64,000 nucleotides of DNA from Callorhinchus milii (taxonomy: Eukaryota). Below are positions 38,322 through 51,290 of the stretch, in pieces. Location of the stretch: the NCBI RefSeq assembly GCF_018977255.1, contig NW_024704742.1, positions 105,712,001 to 105,776,000 on the forward strand. Direction: 5' to 3'. A model generated the notes under the pieces. That model was not told the DNA's origin. It searched no databases and saw only the letters and a program-made list of their open reading frames with translations. Numbering within the stretch: the stretch's first letter is position 1; every line of letters starts with the position of its first letter. The position numbers were made by a program, and so were the translations under genes.

Positions 38322-39895
38322 ACAATGAAAAGCGAACACAGATGCCTGCAGTCTGGAACTGTGCTGGATTCTGTCGAGCAGGCGTTCTGTTTACGTCTCG
38401 AAGAGAACAGGCCTTTCAATATTGTTGGGAGCAATTGACAGATCAGCAGTTCATTTGAATTAAATTAGGAGTTTCTTTCTGTAGATCAATGGCATTTCTC
38501 ATCAGAAACTGCTTAAACTGACCACCTGCCCTCACTGCACAAAGCCTGGAATTCCCAGCCCACTGTTTGCTTCCAATAAACATATTGGTTGACAAGGCGT
38601 TAATTGTGTTAACTTTTGATTGCTTTTGAGAAGCTATGAAGTGTAGTAAGGAAATTCGGAGGTGGGGGAAAGAGAAACTGATTTATATTCTGTTTCTAAA
38701 CTTTAAAAAGAAACATGAAAACACGCTCAGTTTAGCTCTCGGAACACTTCCCTGGTTAAAATATCACAGTTGAGAATGTCCAAACCAAACAAGTACTAAA
38801 TGTCTGGCTGTAAGGAATCATTTTGGACAAGAATCCTTTCACCCTCTTGCGGGATTAATGGCAATTACCAATGCAAACAATAAACAAGACTAGAATAGAA
38901 TGGCTCTGACCAGCCTTTGAAATGAAAACAAGCAACTGTCTGTAACCAATTAGGAAAGAGCAAAGGGCAGCTCAGAGATCCAACACAGAAAGACCTTAAT
39001 GGGTAAAATATCCTACCTTCGAAGTTTTGGGCGAAGTTTAGCCAGAAGCTGAGCAAAGGAAGAATTAAAGACATATTTCCTTCTCTCTCTCTTTCTGACT
39101 TCCTCTCTCTGCCCCCCGCCCCCCCTCTCTCTCCCTTCTTTCTGGGCGCAGTGTTTCTTCTGCCTCTGTGAACTTTTCTTCTCTGTTATAGTTTTTCCAT
39201 TCTCCTGCAAAGCTCAGTCTATCTGGGGTTCATGCCAGTGTTTAGCTCACACAGACACAGCAGGAGTGGAGTCAAATAGATGGTATTCTTTTGCTTTATT
39301 TGGGATGAGAGCTCCAAGCGACTGGGCAACTCAAAAAGTTGAGAGTGACCAACAAAAAATAATCATCTACAAACCAGTTTGAACCGAGGAAACTCTGGAT
39401 ATAAGAGAGTGAAGGAGGGAACGCAGGAGAAAGATATAAGAGGGTTCAGAATAGAGGGAGCATCTCAATAATAAACAGAGATGTTCATGCTCTGGATACT
39501 GGTCAGGACACGTCAGTGTGGTTCATTCGGCCCTTGGACCAACTTCTAAATAATTAAGACATCCTTCTGTTGCCTTCACGCACGTTACTGGTGTAAATTT
39601 TTGATCCTGATCATTTTTTTAGGACTATCTTGGCCCAGCGGCTAAGGAAAGAGCTCATTGCGAGTGCTCCCTTTCCCTTAACACATGCTGCATTGTCTGG
39701 CTGAAGCGGTTGTCTGGCTTTCATTTGGCTTTCTTTTCCTTGGCGGTTGCCTGCTGCTCTTTGGCACCGTAGATGCTGCTGCTGCTTGCCTGGTGACTGG
39801 GAGCCAATTTATCTCCCAGCAAGTTGTTTATTTTCTGAATACGCAGAGAGGAATCCCTGTAAATGAATAAGTGCTACTTTTCACTTATTTCCCAG

Positions 39896-39909
39896 CCAGC
39901 AGGTGGCCA
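39896..39909 (+). promoter_or_regulatory. Candidate CTCF core or E-box motif
   Basis: CCAGCAGGTGGCCA. Motif match only. Confidence 0.3.
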
Positions 39910-40189
39910 GAAACGATGTTGACTGAACTACCTTGGATCTCATTCTGGATGAGGACTAATCTGTCTTTGCCTCCTCTCAGTCCTCCTTGAGAACAACTTC
40001 ATTCCCCAGTTTATTCTGAGCCTGGGTGGGACCAGTGAACTGTGCCCCTTGCATTTCCACCGCAAGTTCTGGATATTTAGGGCAGTTGCACCAGCACAGC
40101 TACCCAGTTATTAATTTAGTACCATGCTTACCAATTGCACCAGAATGTCACAGGTGGTGTCATGGGCAGGACCCAAGCTGGGTGCCACT

Positions 40190-40350
40190 CAGATGCAGGC
40201 TATTTGCTCCAGTCTTGACCAGGTTTTAGGTGTTTGTAAATACACTGAGACTGGATGCAGTGTTCCAGTGTTGAACAGGTTTAGATGTTAGAACACTTAC
40301 TTATACAGAGGCAGATGCAGGCTATTTGTTCCTGTCTTGACCAGTTTTAC
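40190..40350. repeat. Degenerate tandem repeat, about 61 bp, 3 copies
   Basis: gatgcag at 40192, 40254 and 40314, each followed by a tgYtccWgtSttgaMcag-like segment. Confidence 0.8.
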
Positions 40351-40715
40351 ATAGACAAACTACGCTGCTGGAACAGGATTCTGACAGTTTTGTAGTACAA
40401 CCCAAGGATTTCTTATAGTTTCCTTAGAACCCTGGCCTAGTGGTGACCTCAGTATACTGCACAGAGCAGACAAGAGACATTACATCAGTGACCCCACGAC
40501 ATGCTGTGGTAACTAATGGTCTCTGGTGCAGAGCTTGGGGAAACCATTCTGTTTAGTTACTCAACAAGCAGACCCCTAACTGGGACAATGGCCAGAGCAG
40601 CACTAAATGAACTCAAGCAACATAAATAAACTATTACTTAGGTTGAGTTAGACTGGATTTATATATGTTCAGAGAGGGAGATTCCAAACTTTGACAAGAA
40701 AGTGCTTGAGTAATC

Positions 40716-40870
40716 TTGCATTCTGGGTTACAGTGCGATCGTGAATCCAGCCCAGACGGATAGGAGGAAAGTTTCCTCTCTTTGCCAACTTTTAAGGATC
40801 AGGCATGCAATGGGTTTAGACAGTTACAGTCCAGTTTTCTTGTGAGTCTCAATTGACCCGTAGCACATTA
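40716..40870 (+). mobile_element. LF-SINE-like 5' fragment
   Basis: gaatccagcccag...gaaagt...aatgggttt...cagtccagtt is colinear with my recollection of the LF-SINE consensus. Confidence 0.55.
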
Positions 40871-40944
40871 TCGGGTGAAAAATGTTAACACTTCACAACA
40901 GAGCTGATATGATAATTCTCTTCAGTGGCGATTGTCATACGAAG

Positions 40945-41013
40945 TCTGTTGGGACGCCTTGGGACGTCCTCCCGACACTATACAAAGGCTCTATACAAAT
41001 GTAATGTTGTTGG
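40945..41013 (+). mobile_element. L2 LINE 3' tail
   Basis: cgccttgggacgtcctcccgac...aaaggctctatacaaatgtaatgttgttg. Confidence 0.8.
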
Positions 41014-41110
41014 TGATACTCTGCATTTTTCCAATACTGTACGTACTGCAGACTTGGTACATAAAAATGGCAATAGATAGGCAACTTTACTGATAGATAC
41101 CATAAGCTAT

Positions 41111-41406
41111 TGTGGGCTCAGTGATAGAAAAGTGATAGAACACTGGGTTTGATTCCCGGCAGGGCGAAACCTTGGGCAAGTTTCCTTACCCTGCAAGCCT
41201 GATAATAATGCCTCAAGAAAAAANCAATAATAATTTGGTCACTCAATCCAAGACTGTTTGGGGGACACTGCTGTGCGCAATTGGCTGCCGCGTTTCGTTC
41301 GCAAATATACAGTCAATTCAGTTTACATTATATTCTGTGAAGAGCTTTGAGACGCCTCAAAGACGTAAAAAGCATTATATCAACTGCAAAGAGTATTATT
41401 ATTATT
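41111..41406 (+). mobile_element. Young SINE, short variant with a rearranged head
   Basis: gggtttgattcccggcagggcgaaaccttgggcaag through to the tail. Contains one N. agtgatagaa is duplicated in the head. Confidence 0.93.
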
Positions 41407-43894
41407 TCTGTGATTCAAGTCACAGTCAGCATAGGGATGTATCAGACACTGACCCAGTGCTCTGATCCACAACCCCAATCTTGCTTGGTAATGTACTGCT
41501 ACCAGCCTTGCAATATGCATGCAGTGACCAAGGTCGCTAACATGCTGTAGTAATCTCCCTGCCTTACTTAAGCGCATCACTGCATGGGCAATTCCATTTG
41601 GACATGGTCCCTGGCAAACACACAGTCTTGACATGAGTCCCAGCTCTGAAACAAAGGCCTTTTTTTTTAGCTTTGTAGTTGTTAAAAATCAGTGACTCGG
41701 CTCAAGATTATTTTCAAATACTTGGCTAAATCCCTGAAAGAAACATACCTGTGAGCGGCTGCAGGTCAGAATGCAATGCGTTCCATTCTGCCTTGCCAGG
41801 GTTGGTTTGAAGTGACCTTTCATCAGCTTTGGCACACTCATTAATGCTAGTCTCGAGATTTCATGCTCTTAAGAGTAATTCTTATGAATGCAACGTTATG
41901 CGGAACACAGAACGCGTATGAACACTTTGCCGGTCAGTTCTTGACATTTTATTTTTTACGTTTTAAAAAAAAGTAGAATAGAAACAAAGACGCACTTGCA
42001 GTTGTGTTGGATGTGTTGCGTGTGTGTATTCAAGGTATGTTCCGTGAGAGGAAGTGAAAGGAGACAGATACAGGGAGATAGCTTCCCTCTGAATCCAGTT
42101 GCCATAGCAATGCAAACAAAGCAAATGGTGAGGTAATAGCTTGTGATGGGGAGGCGGGAAAATGCATAGAGTCTATTGGTGACTTTTCACCAGACAGCGA
42201 GTAAGCGAGTGCCCTCCATCTTTTTTTCTTCTTCTCGCTTCTAATCTGATTATTCAGTGTATGACTTTGGGAAAAGTGGGAAATGCGCTCACACAGCATG
42301 CGTTCACCTTTTGGACCCCTTTGATTAGCCACCCATGTCTTTCCATTACCATTTCCTTTTCTGAGAGGATTTACGAGCAACTTCTCAAGCTATTCTCTTT
42401 CAGGTACATTTTGGGGATTATTGCAAAATAGTTTCACACCTTTCTTTTGGGGGAGAGAAAGGGGGATCGGGGAATAATTTCCTTATAACTTCTAGGAAAG
42501 CATTGAATTGAATTCTGCCGTTGCCCTTTCACTTCAAGATTAACTTTTTTGTTGTTTTTTTAAGAGGCCTTTGTAAAGGTTAGACTTTAGCAGGCATTTT
42601 GTGAAGCCGGCTTTTGTGTGCGGTGCCCAGTCACTGGGATCACTTTTTCACCAGCTTTGCTGGAGGAGAAGAAAAAAAGCCTCCCTCCTGCTAAAGGATG
42701 AAAGCTCGAGACTAATCTGCTTCTATCTGGAAAATTGGAGAGCCAGGGGTTGCAGTCATGAGGTCACATCCCTTATGTAAACTGTCAGATTCTTTTTACA
42801 TTAATAACATATCACATAAATACCCTCGGTAGACTTGTCAGAGCTATTCCTAAGAATGTAAAGCCCCAAACAATCGCAAGCTCCCCATCAAAAATGATGG
42901 CCTCTATTATAGGAGAATAAAATGTGTCTCTTCTGTCTATATGGGAGTTATTCTCCTTTTGGGAACCAGCAGGAAGAGAGATACTGAGTTGATGCAACAA
43001 AGCCTTCTGACCACTGTGGCAAGAGGTGCCCATTGCATGAACTCATACTTGTCTTTTGCCATTATATTTATCCACTGATTCCTAAACGTTCCACTTTTCC
43101 ATCACTCTTTGAAGTCATTAGGTGGGAAACAGAGTGGGATTAAATCCCCTGGGGTTGTCGGTTCTGCATGAAGCAAATAGCACGCTCTCCAGTGTGACTG
43201 GACTCAGGGTATTTGCTCAGGAAGCCAGCCGTGGATGGCAGCTGGGCAATGAGAAAGCAAGGGATTCTTGTCTGAATGCGGAAAGATCAAAGATCCACCG
43301 TCGGGGTCTGCACTCAATGTGCTCTTTAGACGGGACAGTTTGTCATGAGAGAGGATGGACTCGACTGAAATAACTTGCCTGCTTTTTTTTAAAACCGTCT
43401 CCAATTGATAATGGTGAGAATGTATTAGTAGCCGTGGTTATTGTCCCATGACATGGGGGTTGTCCATCAAGTCTTCAGAGTGAGGCAAATAGATGGATTC
43501 CAGAACAATATCTTATACTTAATTGTGTATCTGATGAATAGGTAGCAAAAGAAAGGGTAGGAAAAAATAAACTAGCTACTTATGTCAGTCACTGCATTTA
43601 GTCCTGTTTAGGCTGCGCTGCTTAGTGTTATAATTGCATTACTTCTATGTACAGCTTGCCCACATTATACGCCTTATTGCTGGGGAAGCTGGAACAGCTG
43701 GGTTCCACATGTGATCCCACTCCAGTCTTCCCGGTGTCCTTTTGATCAGTGGTTTGTGTCTGCACCACTGTCGCACCTGTTAACTCTTTCACTAGCAAAA
43801 ACGTTTTATTAGACTAAAAGAGCAAATGCGTCCCATAATACTTCCTTAAAGTATGTCTCTCTCCTTCTAAGCAAAGTCTTTGTGGCTGTTTATT

Positions 43895-44135
43895 GAATCC
43901 TCATTGCCAAGCCTGATTCTATCCACATGCACACACCGGCAGAGGTCAGTGGTTGGTGAGCAAGGCAGGAACCTGGCAGATTTATTTTCTTCTCCAGGCC
44001 TGTGTAGTGCACCCCATGCCTCCCCAGGCTGAGATCATCGAGTTCAGGGCAGACCAGAGAATTGAACTTGGGACCTTCCTTGGGTCTGTAAGGTTCAGCT
44101 GCCCATTGCATGAACTTGCTGAGCTATTGAGGAAG
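43895..44135 (-). mobile_element. Ancient tRNA-headed SINE relic, 5' half
   Basis: Minus strand tagctcag...ggaaggtcccaagttcaattctctggtctg...gatctcagcctgggg. Same family as 36461. Confidence 0.65.
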
Positions 44136-44783
44136 TCCAGTCAGGGTATTCAGTGTTCAGAGTGGACTTGTGTCAGGGGGAGTCTTAACAAACGGTTGAG
44201 ATAATATTTTAGTTTGCTAATTCTGTCTCCTTTATTAAAGTAGCAGCGTGTACATCAAAAAAAAACAATTGGCAAACAATCGGCGTGGGGTAGATAAACT
44301 GCCAGAGATATCTATTAATTTAAAGATAAAATGCCATGTGTGAATGATGCACTGATGTCTTCAGGCGCCGTTTACATCAATGTACTTCGGTAAAACTAAA
44401 GTTTGCTGGATGTTTTTCCATGATGTCAGCGCCCCTTTAATTAGGAGGACTCATCCAGCTGGGAGGCCAGGTAGGCGTGTATGATGAGCTCCTCCATGGC
44501 TACTCTCCAGGCTGTTCTTTGGTGGCCTGATGGATGTGCTTGCCACGATTGCAAAAGATTCAAAATGTATCTTTCTTTCCAAGCCGAGCGTCCATGGCTG
44601 TTGGCTCATTACAAATGTATCCAACAGCCTGTCTAGGAACTCACCAAAACCGCTGCCAATGGAGATGCAAAGCAGCCAAAATGACAGGCAGTCCTGAGAC
44701 CCAACTTGGTTATTATCCAGTTGGGCCATCACTCACTCCCTTTGATAAAGGCCTTCGCTGGACTATATATAACGTGTAAACAA

Positions 44784-45220
44784 GGACTGGGTGATGGGGT
44801 AGCATTGACCACTCACTGTTCACCTCTGACAGTTGGGTTTGAATGAGGCCTGGATTATTTGGATGAGAATCTCCTTTCTCAAAGGACTATAAGGATCTGA
44901 AATGAGATGAAGTAAAGCTTGGGCACCCTTGATCTGGTTCCTGCTAGGCACGGACCCACATCACAGAGTTGGCTCAAGTTAGAACTAGTAATGAACATTG
45001 AATTGCAATTCTCACTCAGAAGAGACCACAGGCCTGGCTGGGATGGGAATAGAAATGTATCCTGGTGCCGTGGAGTGTTGCTGGTCTGAGCTTGTGGTTT
45101 TGCATATTGTTTATGAAAAGTAGGGAGGTGTTTTATGAGGCTTGCTGTGTGTCTGACCTCAGAGACTGGATGCTGACACTGGGTACTAAACATGTGAAAA
45201 TATTCAGTCCCCAGCACTTA
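44784..45220 (+). mobile_element. Near full-length LF-SINE-like relic
   Basis: Ordered anchors ggactgg, ttcacctct, gtttgaat, ccacatcaca, ctcagaagag and ttcagtccccag over about 435 bp. Confidence 0.55.
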
Positions 45221-46576
45221 ATGCATTTACTCGATGGTGAGATCAAACACAAACCAATCAAAAAAGCGTTATAAAAAATTACCACTCAAGAGGCCTATTT
45301 CTGGCTCGGCAGAAAGTGTAAACCATGTGATAGACTAGAGAGAACAGGGTGTGTTTGTCGTTTTATTATTGTGCTGGGGGTTCTCCCAAACTTCGGGAAG
45401 GGGGTGAGTGAATAGATCCAGGTACCCCCAGGCGAGGGCTGGCCAGATAGAGGGAATTAATAGTGGGGGAATTCAGTTTGTGATACTAAAGGGCAGAACG
45501 AAGCAGTGGGGAAAATCGTTGAGGCAGTTTTAGGGTACAAGGCTGCCCCAGCGTTGTTAAGTGATGCACAATCTTTGCAACAGGATATATTCTCAAAGGG
45601 TTTAAATGACGCAGACGTCATAGAGCGAACTTCACACGGAAACCACGGCACTTCTTTACCTTGGTCGGGACTGCTGCTATTGAAGAGATTGCAGCACACT
45701 TGCTGAGGAAGTGCTATCACCAATGGCAACAGCCTAGGTTCTGTCAGGCTCCGTCTATCGGGTTTGCACTCTCCACGGTTCCCAGCGGGGCGACAGTGCC
45801 CCCCTTTAAGCATACATTCCTGATACTTCATGACAAATGAGTTACAGGAACAAGCTCAACCTGGTCAAATGCCATCCTTTGAACTTGGGGACGATCTGAA
45901 TGATTCTCCAGATGCTCCGGATGTGTCTTATGTCCTCTCAGGGCACAGACAGGAACCGTCATACAATCAAGCCAATGAGTTTCACTCATTTTAAAGCCTT
46001 TTACTCTTTACAGCGCAACTCTAATGGTGTCCCAACAGATTTCGGCATGGTATTTAGCCAGCAAGCATTTATCAGCATGAGGTTCCAGCATCAGTATTCG
46101 AAACACAGAACCAAAATTCAAACAACACCTGCCTCAAGTCTGGGTCGTTTTTCACGAAGAACTTTCATGGGGCAATACAGTTTGGAAGAAATGTAATCTC
46201 CGTAACCTGGAACTCAGATGGAAAAGATATAAAAGATTGTTACCTGATCTCCTCAAACACATTCTATTATCTGCAGTAATGCGGCCACTGCCCTGTGTGA
46301 AATGTATTTGCACATGTTAATACCAAACTCATTCACACATCACTGGCCAAGCAATCACCCGCACTGAAGCCCTGTTTGCAGTACAGCTTCAAACTCACGT
46401 ATCTTGTGAAGGTCCAGATGATTCAATCAGTTTCCTACTGGAATCTGGGCAGCTTGTTTAACTCTATTTGGAAGAGTTCTCCCCTCTAGTTGTTTGACAT
46501 CAGCTGAAGCTTGAAATATCTCCTGGTTCTAGTTCTAGCCATAAGACCATTGCCTTAACATTTGAGATTGTATGTA

Positions 46577-46770
46577 TAATATAATAATCTTTACATTTTA
46601 TATAGCGCCTTTCACAGCTGGATGACGTCTCATGGCATTTCACAGGATTTATTGTAAAATATACTGACTGTACTTTGGAGGCAGATGAGGCTGCCAATTT
46701 GCTCCCAGCAGTGTCCCACAAATAGCCGAAGAGTTGAATGACCAATTTTATTTGGGGGATTGTTGGCTAG
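46577..46770 (-). mobile_element. Related SINE, 3' half
   Basis: (AAT)n...tatagcgcctttcac...gccaatttg...cagcagtgtcccacaaa. Confidence 0.85.
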
Positions 46771-46796
46771 AAGCTCGCTTCTATTTGCGAAGGATA

Positions 46797-46953
46797 TTTA
46801 AAGTTGACCTTTTTTGGAACATAATTTTGGAAAATCATTTAATCCAATCTTTATTTGGAAACCAGTGCTTTTTAAGAAAAATGAAGAAAATGGCTTCCAA
46901 ATTAAGACTGAATGTAAGGATTGTCCAATATTCTGGAAATCTTAAAACTTTAA
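46797..46953. mobile_element. Fold-back element, same family as 27164
   Basis: Arms 46823-46864 and 46891-46932 match at 33 of 42 positions. Confidence 0.75.
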
Positions 46954-47235
46954 GACAAAAATATGATCTCAAGGCTGAGACTATTTCAGCTCTCAAATCA
47001 AAATCACTTGGGATTATGTGACTACTTGTGTAGCCATTGTAAACGCTTAATGTGAATCTCTTTTACCAACAAAGAGAAACAGGGTGCATATGTCAGTCTG
47101 GTAATGTAACACCACTCAGACTATGAGCTTGATCAGAACATAAGAAATTAGCAAGTCAATATTTGTTTTTGCTTCGTTCTAATTTGAACGCGATTCATAT
47201 GATGAAAATTCTTTGGTCTTAAATGAATTGAGAAT

Positions 47236-47281
47236 TGTGCGCGCGTGCGTGCGTGTGTGTGTGTGCGCGCGCGTGTGCGTG
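47236..47281. repeat. Alternating purine-pyrimidine (TG/CG) tract with Z-DNA potential
   Basis: tgtgcgcgcgtgcgtgcgtgtgtgtgtgtgcgcgcgcgtgtgcgtg. Confidence 0.85.
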
Positions 47282-49893
47282 GCCACGATCGGGCTCAGCT
47301 GGGATACTTGCCCGCGTTTGCTGAAGCTTACATTTTCCACCTTCCATCACTGGCCACCGGAGATCCTAGAGAATGGTAGGCCAGCACACATGAAAGGACT
47401 GCCCATCCAGAACTGGCACCTTTAGGAGAAGGAGGAAAGGAGATGGAAGAGGGGAAAAATTGCTTGGAACGACACCAGGAACTCGAACCATTATCTAGGT
47501 GCAGATAAAAGCTTTGCCATGTCTTAATTAGAGAGCACAAAGCATTGAAATAATTACCCAGACGACATTGCAGTTTACACATATTAATTGACTGTGTGCT
47601 GTGTGCTTGCCAGGACACTCTTACGTTCAACCAGACAGTGAATGTAAAGCCACTGATGCACGCCACCTGGTTTTTCCAAGTGTATTAAAACACGGTGTCG
47701 ATTATGAAATTATTGTTGGTTGACATTTAAAATGGTGCATTAATCACAGTTAATTATATGACACTGCACAACATATGCCAGAGGCCAGTTGTGGAACCGG
47801 TGTCTGTGGGTGATGTAGAGGCAAAATGAAAGTGATGGCTGGGGATGTTTTGATTGCTGAGTGCTACTTATGCAGAGAAATCGGCATCGAAAAAGTGGGA
47901 ACATGTTGGGAATTAATGCGGTGAAGCCCTGTCTGTCCTGCGAGTTAAATTATATGCTGAATGATTCGAAAATCCGGGGGAAAAAAAACACCCTGGGCAC
48001 TTATTACAGTGATTCTCAAACATCCCTAGCAGTTTTGATTGGAGTTAGATGTAGTTAGGTTATTAAGAGTAAGATGGATAGAGGAAGAGGAGCTTGCTGT
48101 TTAATTCTTTCCATAGCAATGTTTTTTAGTTGCAAACCTGGATGAGCCAGTTAGGCCTACCTATACTTTCCTGGGTTTTGATATAGTGATTCGACAAAAT
48201 CTCATTCAGGAGTGGAACAGTAAAGCGCTTTCTCCTAGCCACAGCTGAAAGAAATCCCCCCAGTGCAGCGAGCAGCCTAACCTTTACTTACAGCCCTCAG
48301 TGCCTCTTCAGCACTCCGAGATGCTACCCCCACACGAAAGAGACTAGATAAGTGCAAGTTCTTGTTTAGGGACTGCTCTAGGCTGGTCTACATGTATGCG
48401 TTTTCATTTAAAAATCCACTAATTACTTGCTACAGCGCCGTAAGCAAGTGTTCAGTGTTTGTTTCTGGGGAAGGAATGTGGCAGGTCCTATCAGAAACGT
48501 GCTTGCGCCCTTTCCTTGTAACTACTGTATAAAAAGGCAAATGATAGATGGCAGAGAGAATGGCAAGTGTTATTAGAGTATATTTTTAACGTGTGTGTTA
48601 CATATGCTAAATACAATTGGCTGTGTTTTCACAACCATTGTTTACTCATGGCCTCCAGTCCGCCAGCTTTATGTGAGTGTCGTTTGATTGTCAGCCCAGA
48701 GATTTTACTTTTGTTACTAGAAAGTATTAACAAGCCAGTAACTGCTACCATTATCAGCGCTTTTGGAAAAGTGAGAAGAGTTCTGATTTAAATTGCTTGT
48801 ACATCGACTAAGAGCCAGTTCATTCCCATTATGTTCAAAAAATAGACACCTGAATGGCACAAATTAATCAAATTTGAAGCAAGAATAGAAGTTTAGTGCT
48901 TGTGAAAGCAGTTCTTGAAATGGGGGAGAAAAGCCGTCAAATGGACATAAAAAATGGTTCGTTTATTAAGTCTATGGGATTGTGTGCCTTGACCAAGCCT
49001 GTGTGCCACCATTGAAAGGGAACAAGGCAGTAGGCTGTGCCTGGAGACATTTTCTCCCCCTGATTGATGCCACTGGAGCTGTGAATGAACTTCTTGCTGA
49101 GCTGGAGGTCAGAGGTCTCAGTGCAGTGCCAGCTGACAGGCTTGCTGTGTGATGATGGCACTCTCCTATTCAGAGTCGAAAAGGCAAAACTACATTTCCT
49201 CCATCAGATTGCTTAGGAATGCCCAGAACATTCACGACAAGGAGGCTTTTTACACTGTGGGACTACCCCAGAAAAAGTTGGACTTCACCTTTACTCCTAT
49301 GGGGTTCCTTGCCCAGTGTTTGCAGATGCGCTTAGAGAGCAATAACTACCTAATGCCTTTCAACAAGGGTTTTTCATTTAAAGTTCAGTTGGGTTTTTTA
49401 GTGACTCAGACATTCATTCTCACACCATCTGAGAATGTTCACAATGGAGAAAAAAATAACAATAACAACTTACATTTATATAGCTCCCTTCACGCCGGGT
49501 GTTGGATGCTTAAAAACACTGTGAAATGGAAGGGTCTTTAATAGAGAGTAATAAAATACAAGGGGGAGGGGTGGGGAAGTAAATTCAATACTGTGTGCAA
49601 ATAATACACCCTGAAAATGTGTGGTTCTGACCCCCAATGCTGTTCTCAGTGGCGTTCTCCGTGAAGCCTGTTACATGGAGTGCTGGCTCGGGTATACCCA
49701 CCACTGCTTAGCAAAATGCCAGCTTTTTAGTAAACAAAAAAACTTAAATGGCCAGTTTCCCATTAACTGGCAGTCTGGTGCAAGCCACAAGTTAAATATG
49801 GCAGACCTCCCAGCTTCACTGACATCGTCATTGAGAGTGGATGCATAATGTTTTCAAGTACATTATTGTGTAATATATACATGATATACATGA

Positions 49894-50208
49894 TAATAAT
49901 AATAATCCTTGCATTTGATATAGCGCTTTTCACGTCTTCTAGACATCTCAAAGCGTTTCATAGAATATACTGTAAAGTGAATTGACTGTATATTTGTGGA
50001 CAAAACGCGACAGCCAATTGTGCACAGCAGTGTTCCACAAACAGTCCTGATTGAAAATGACCGATTTATCATTATTTTTGTTTTTTGGAGGGATTATTAT
50101 GAGGCGTGTGGAGTAAGGAAACTTGCCCAAGGTTTCGCCCTGCTGGGATTCGAACCCAGGTGTCTCGCTTGCAAGGCGAGTGCTCTAACCACTGAGCTAC
50201 AGGACTCC
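49894..50208 (-). mobile_element. Young SINE, short variant, full length, with a probable target-site duplication
   Basis: Intact A box (TAGCTCAGTGG) and B box (GGTTCGAATCC). atacatgata flanks both ends (49886-49895, 50212-50221). Confidence 0.96.
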
Positions 50209-51039
50209 ACGATACATGATATACCTCTGTAAAACTCTGTATTGAATGTGTCCACGATACATAGATTCAGATTTGTTGCTTGCCCTAAATATCAAATGGA
50301 CCGCTAAATTGTCGCCACATCTTTCAGTGACTGTGGTAAAGAGCAGCTAACTTTTTTTTTGACAGATTTGGAAAGATGCTTTGTGAAAAATGACTTTGTG
50401 TATCTTTGCTCTCTTACTCTGTCGCTTTTGCTGTTATCGTCTGTTATTAATTGCTGCAAGCAGCAATCTGTCAGTGAAGGAACTTTGTGGGATTTGAAAT
50501 GTGCCTGATGTAGTGCTCTGGAATCATGTTCTCTCCCATGACTCCCAACACAATAATAGGTTAGCATAAATGATGACTAAGATACAGGAACATTACAATG
50601 GAAAGCAACATAATGGCTTCTGTTAATTGTTTATTAAGGCAGTTGCATAAAAGTTGTGTCTTCAGTGGATAATCACTACATTGATACAGGAGTGTTACTT
50701 CTTTGTAAAACCAAGTGCATTATTATGTAATATATCCCTGATAGTATATACCTCTGTAAAACCTATTATAGAACTGCAGTGCTTTTCCACATTTACTGCT
50801 ATAAAGTGGGTGTAACAATATCTTTACTGGGTTGTTACACGCCTATCAAACAAGATACATTTTGGGATAAATAACATGCTGTTATAACATTCTGCTTGCC
50901 ACTGCTAGCAATCCATGCTTAAGTTATGATGTCTTTACTCTCTTTGTAATAAGATCATAACAGAAGTTCAGATCATATCCCATTGTAACATAATTTCCAG
51001 AATAGCCCTAATCATTACCTTTTTCCCATTACAGATTCA

Positions 51040-51290
51040 GGCTTTGTCCAGTATCTTGGCCTCTGCCACTCTTCCAAGTAACCTGTTCCAGCCATTGATT
51101 TCTCTGTGTGCAAAAAAAAACAGTGGTGTCTGTCTTAAAATTGCCCTTCACAGCCCTGAATCTGCTATCTTGTACTGCCTTGGTGTATCTGAACGTATTA
51201 TTCTGAGTTTACTTTCTCTATCAGCATCTGATGTACCTCTGAGCTTCTTGCCATTGCATTTGACAAATTCTATTGCTTGTCCTGCTCGGC
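51040..51290 (-). mobile_element. CR1 ORF2 C-terminal relic
   Basis: Minus strand reads FFFAHREINGWNRLLGRVAEAKILD, matching FF.QRV.N.WN.LP..VVEA. Confidence 0.8.

Noticed and set aside
37949..38434. 161-aa ORF and similar ORFs at 11779, 41172, 49863 and 53232
   Set aside because: All are readings through SINE copies.
42388..42410. Recursive splice site (pyrimidine tract, CAG|GTACAT)
   Set aside because: Weak 5' splice site, unknown host-gene strand, and several equally weak AGGT sites in the window.
50135..50208. tRNA gene
   Set aside because: A and B boxes are intact, but this is the head of a SINE, continuous with the SINE body and tail.
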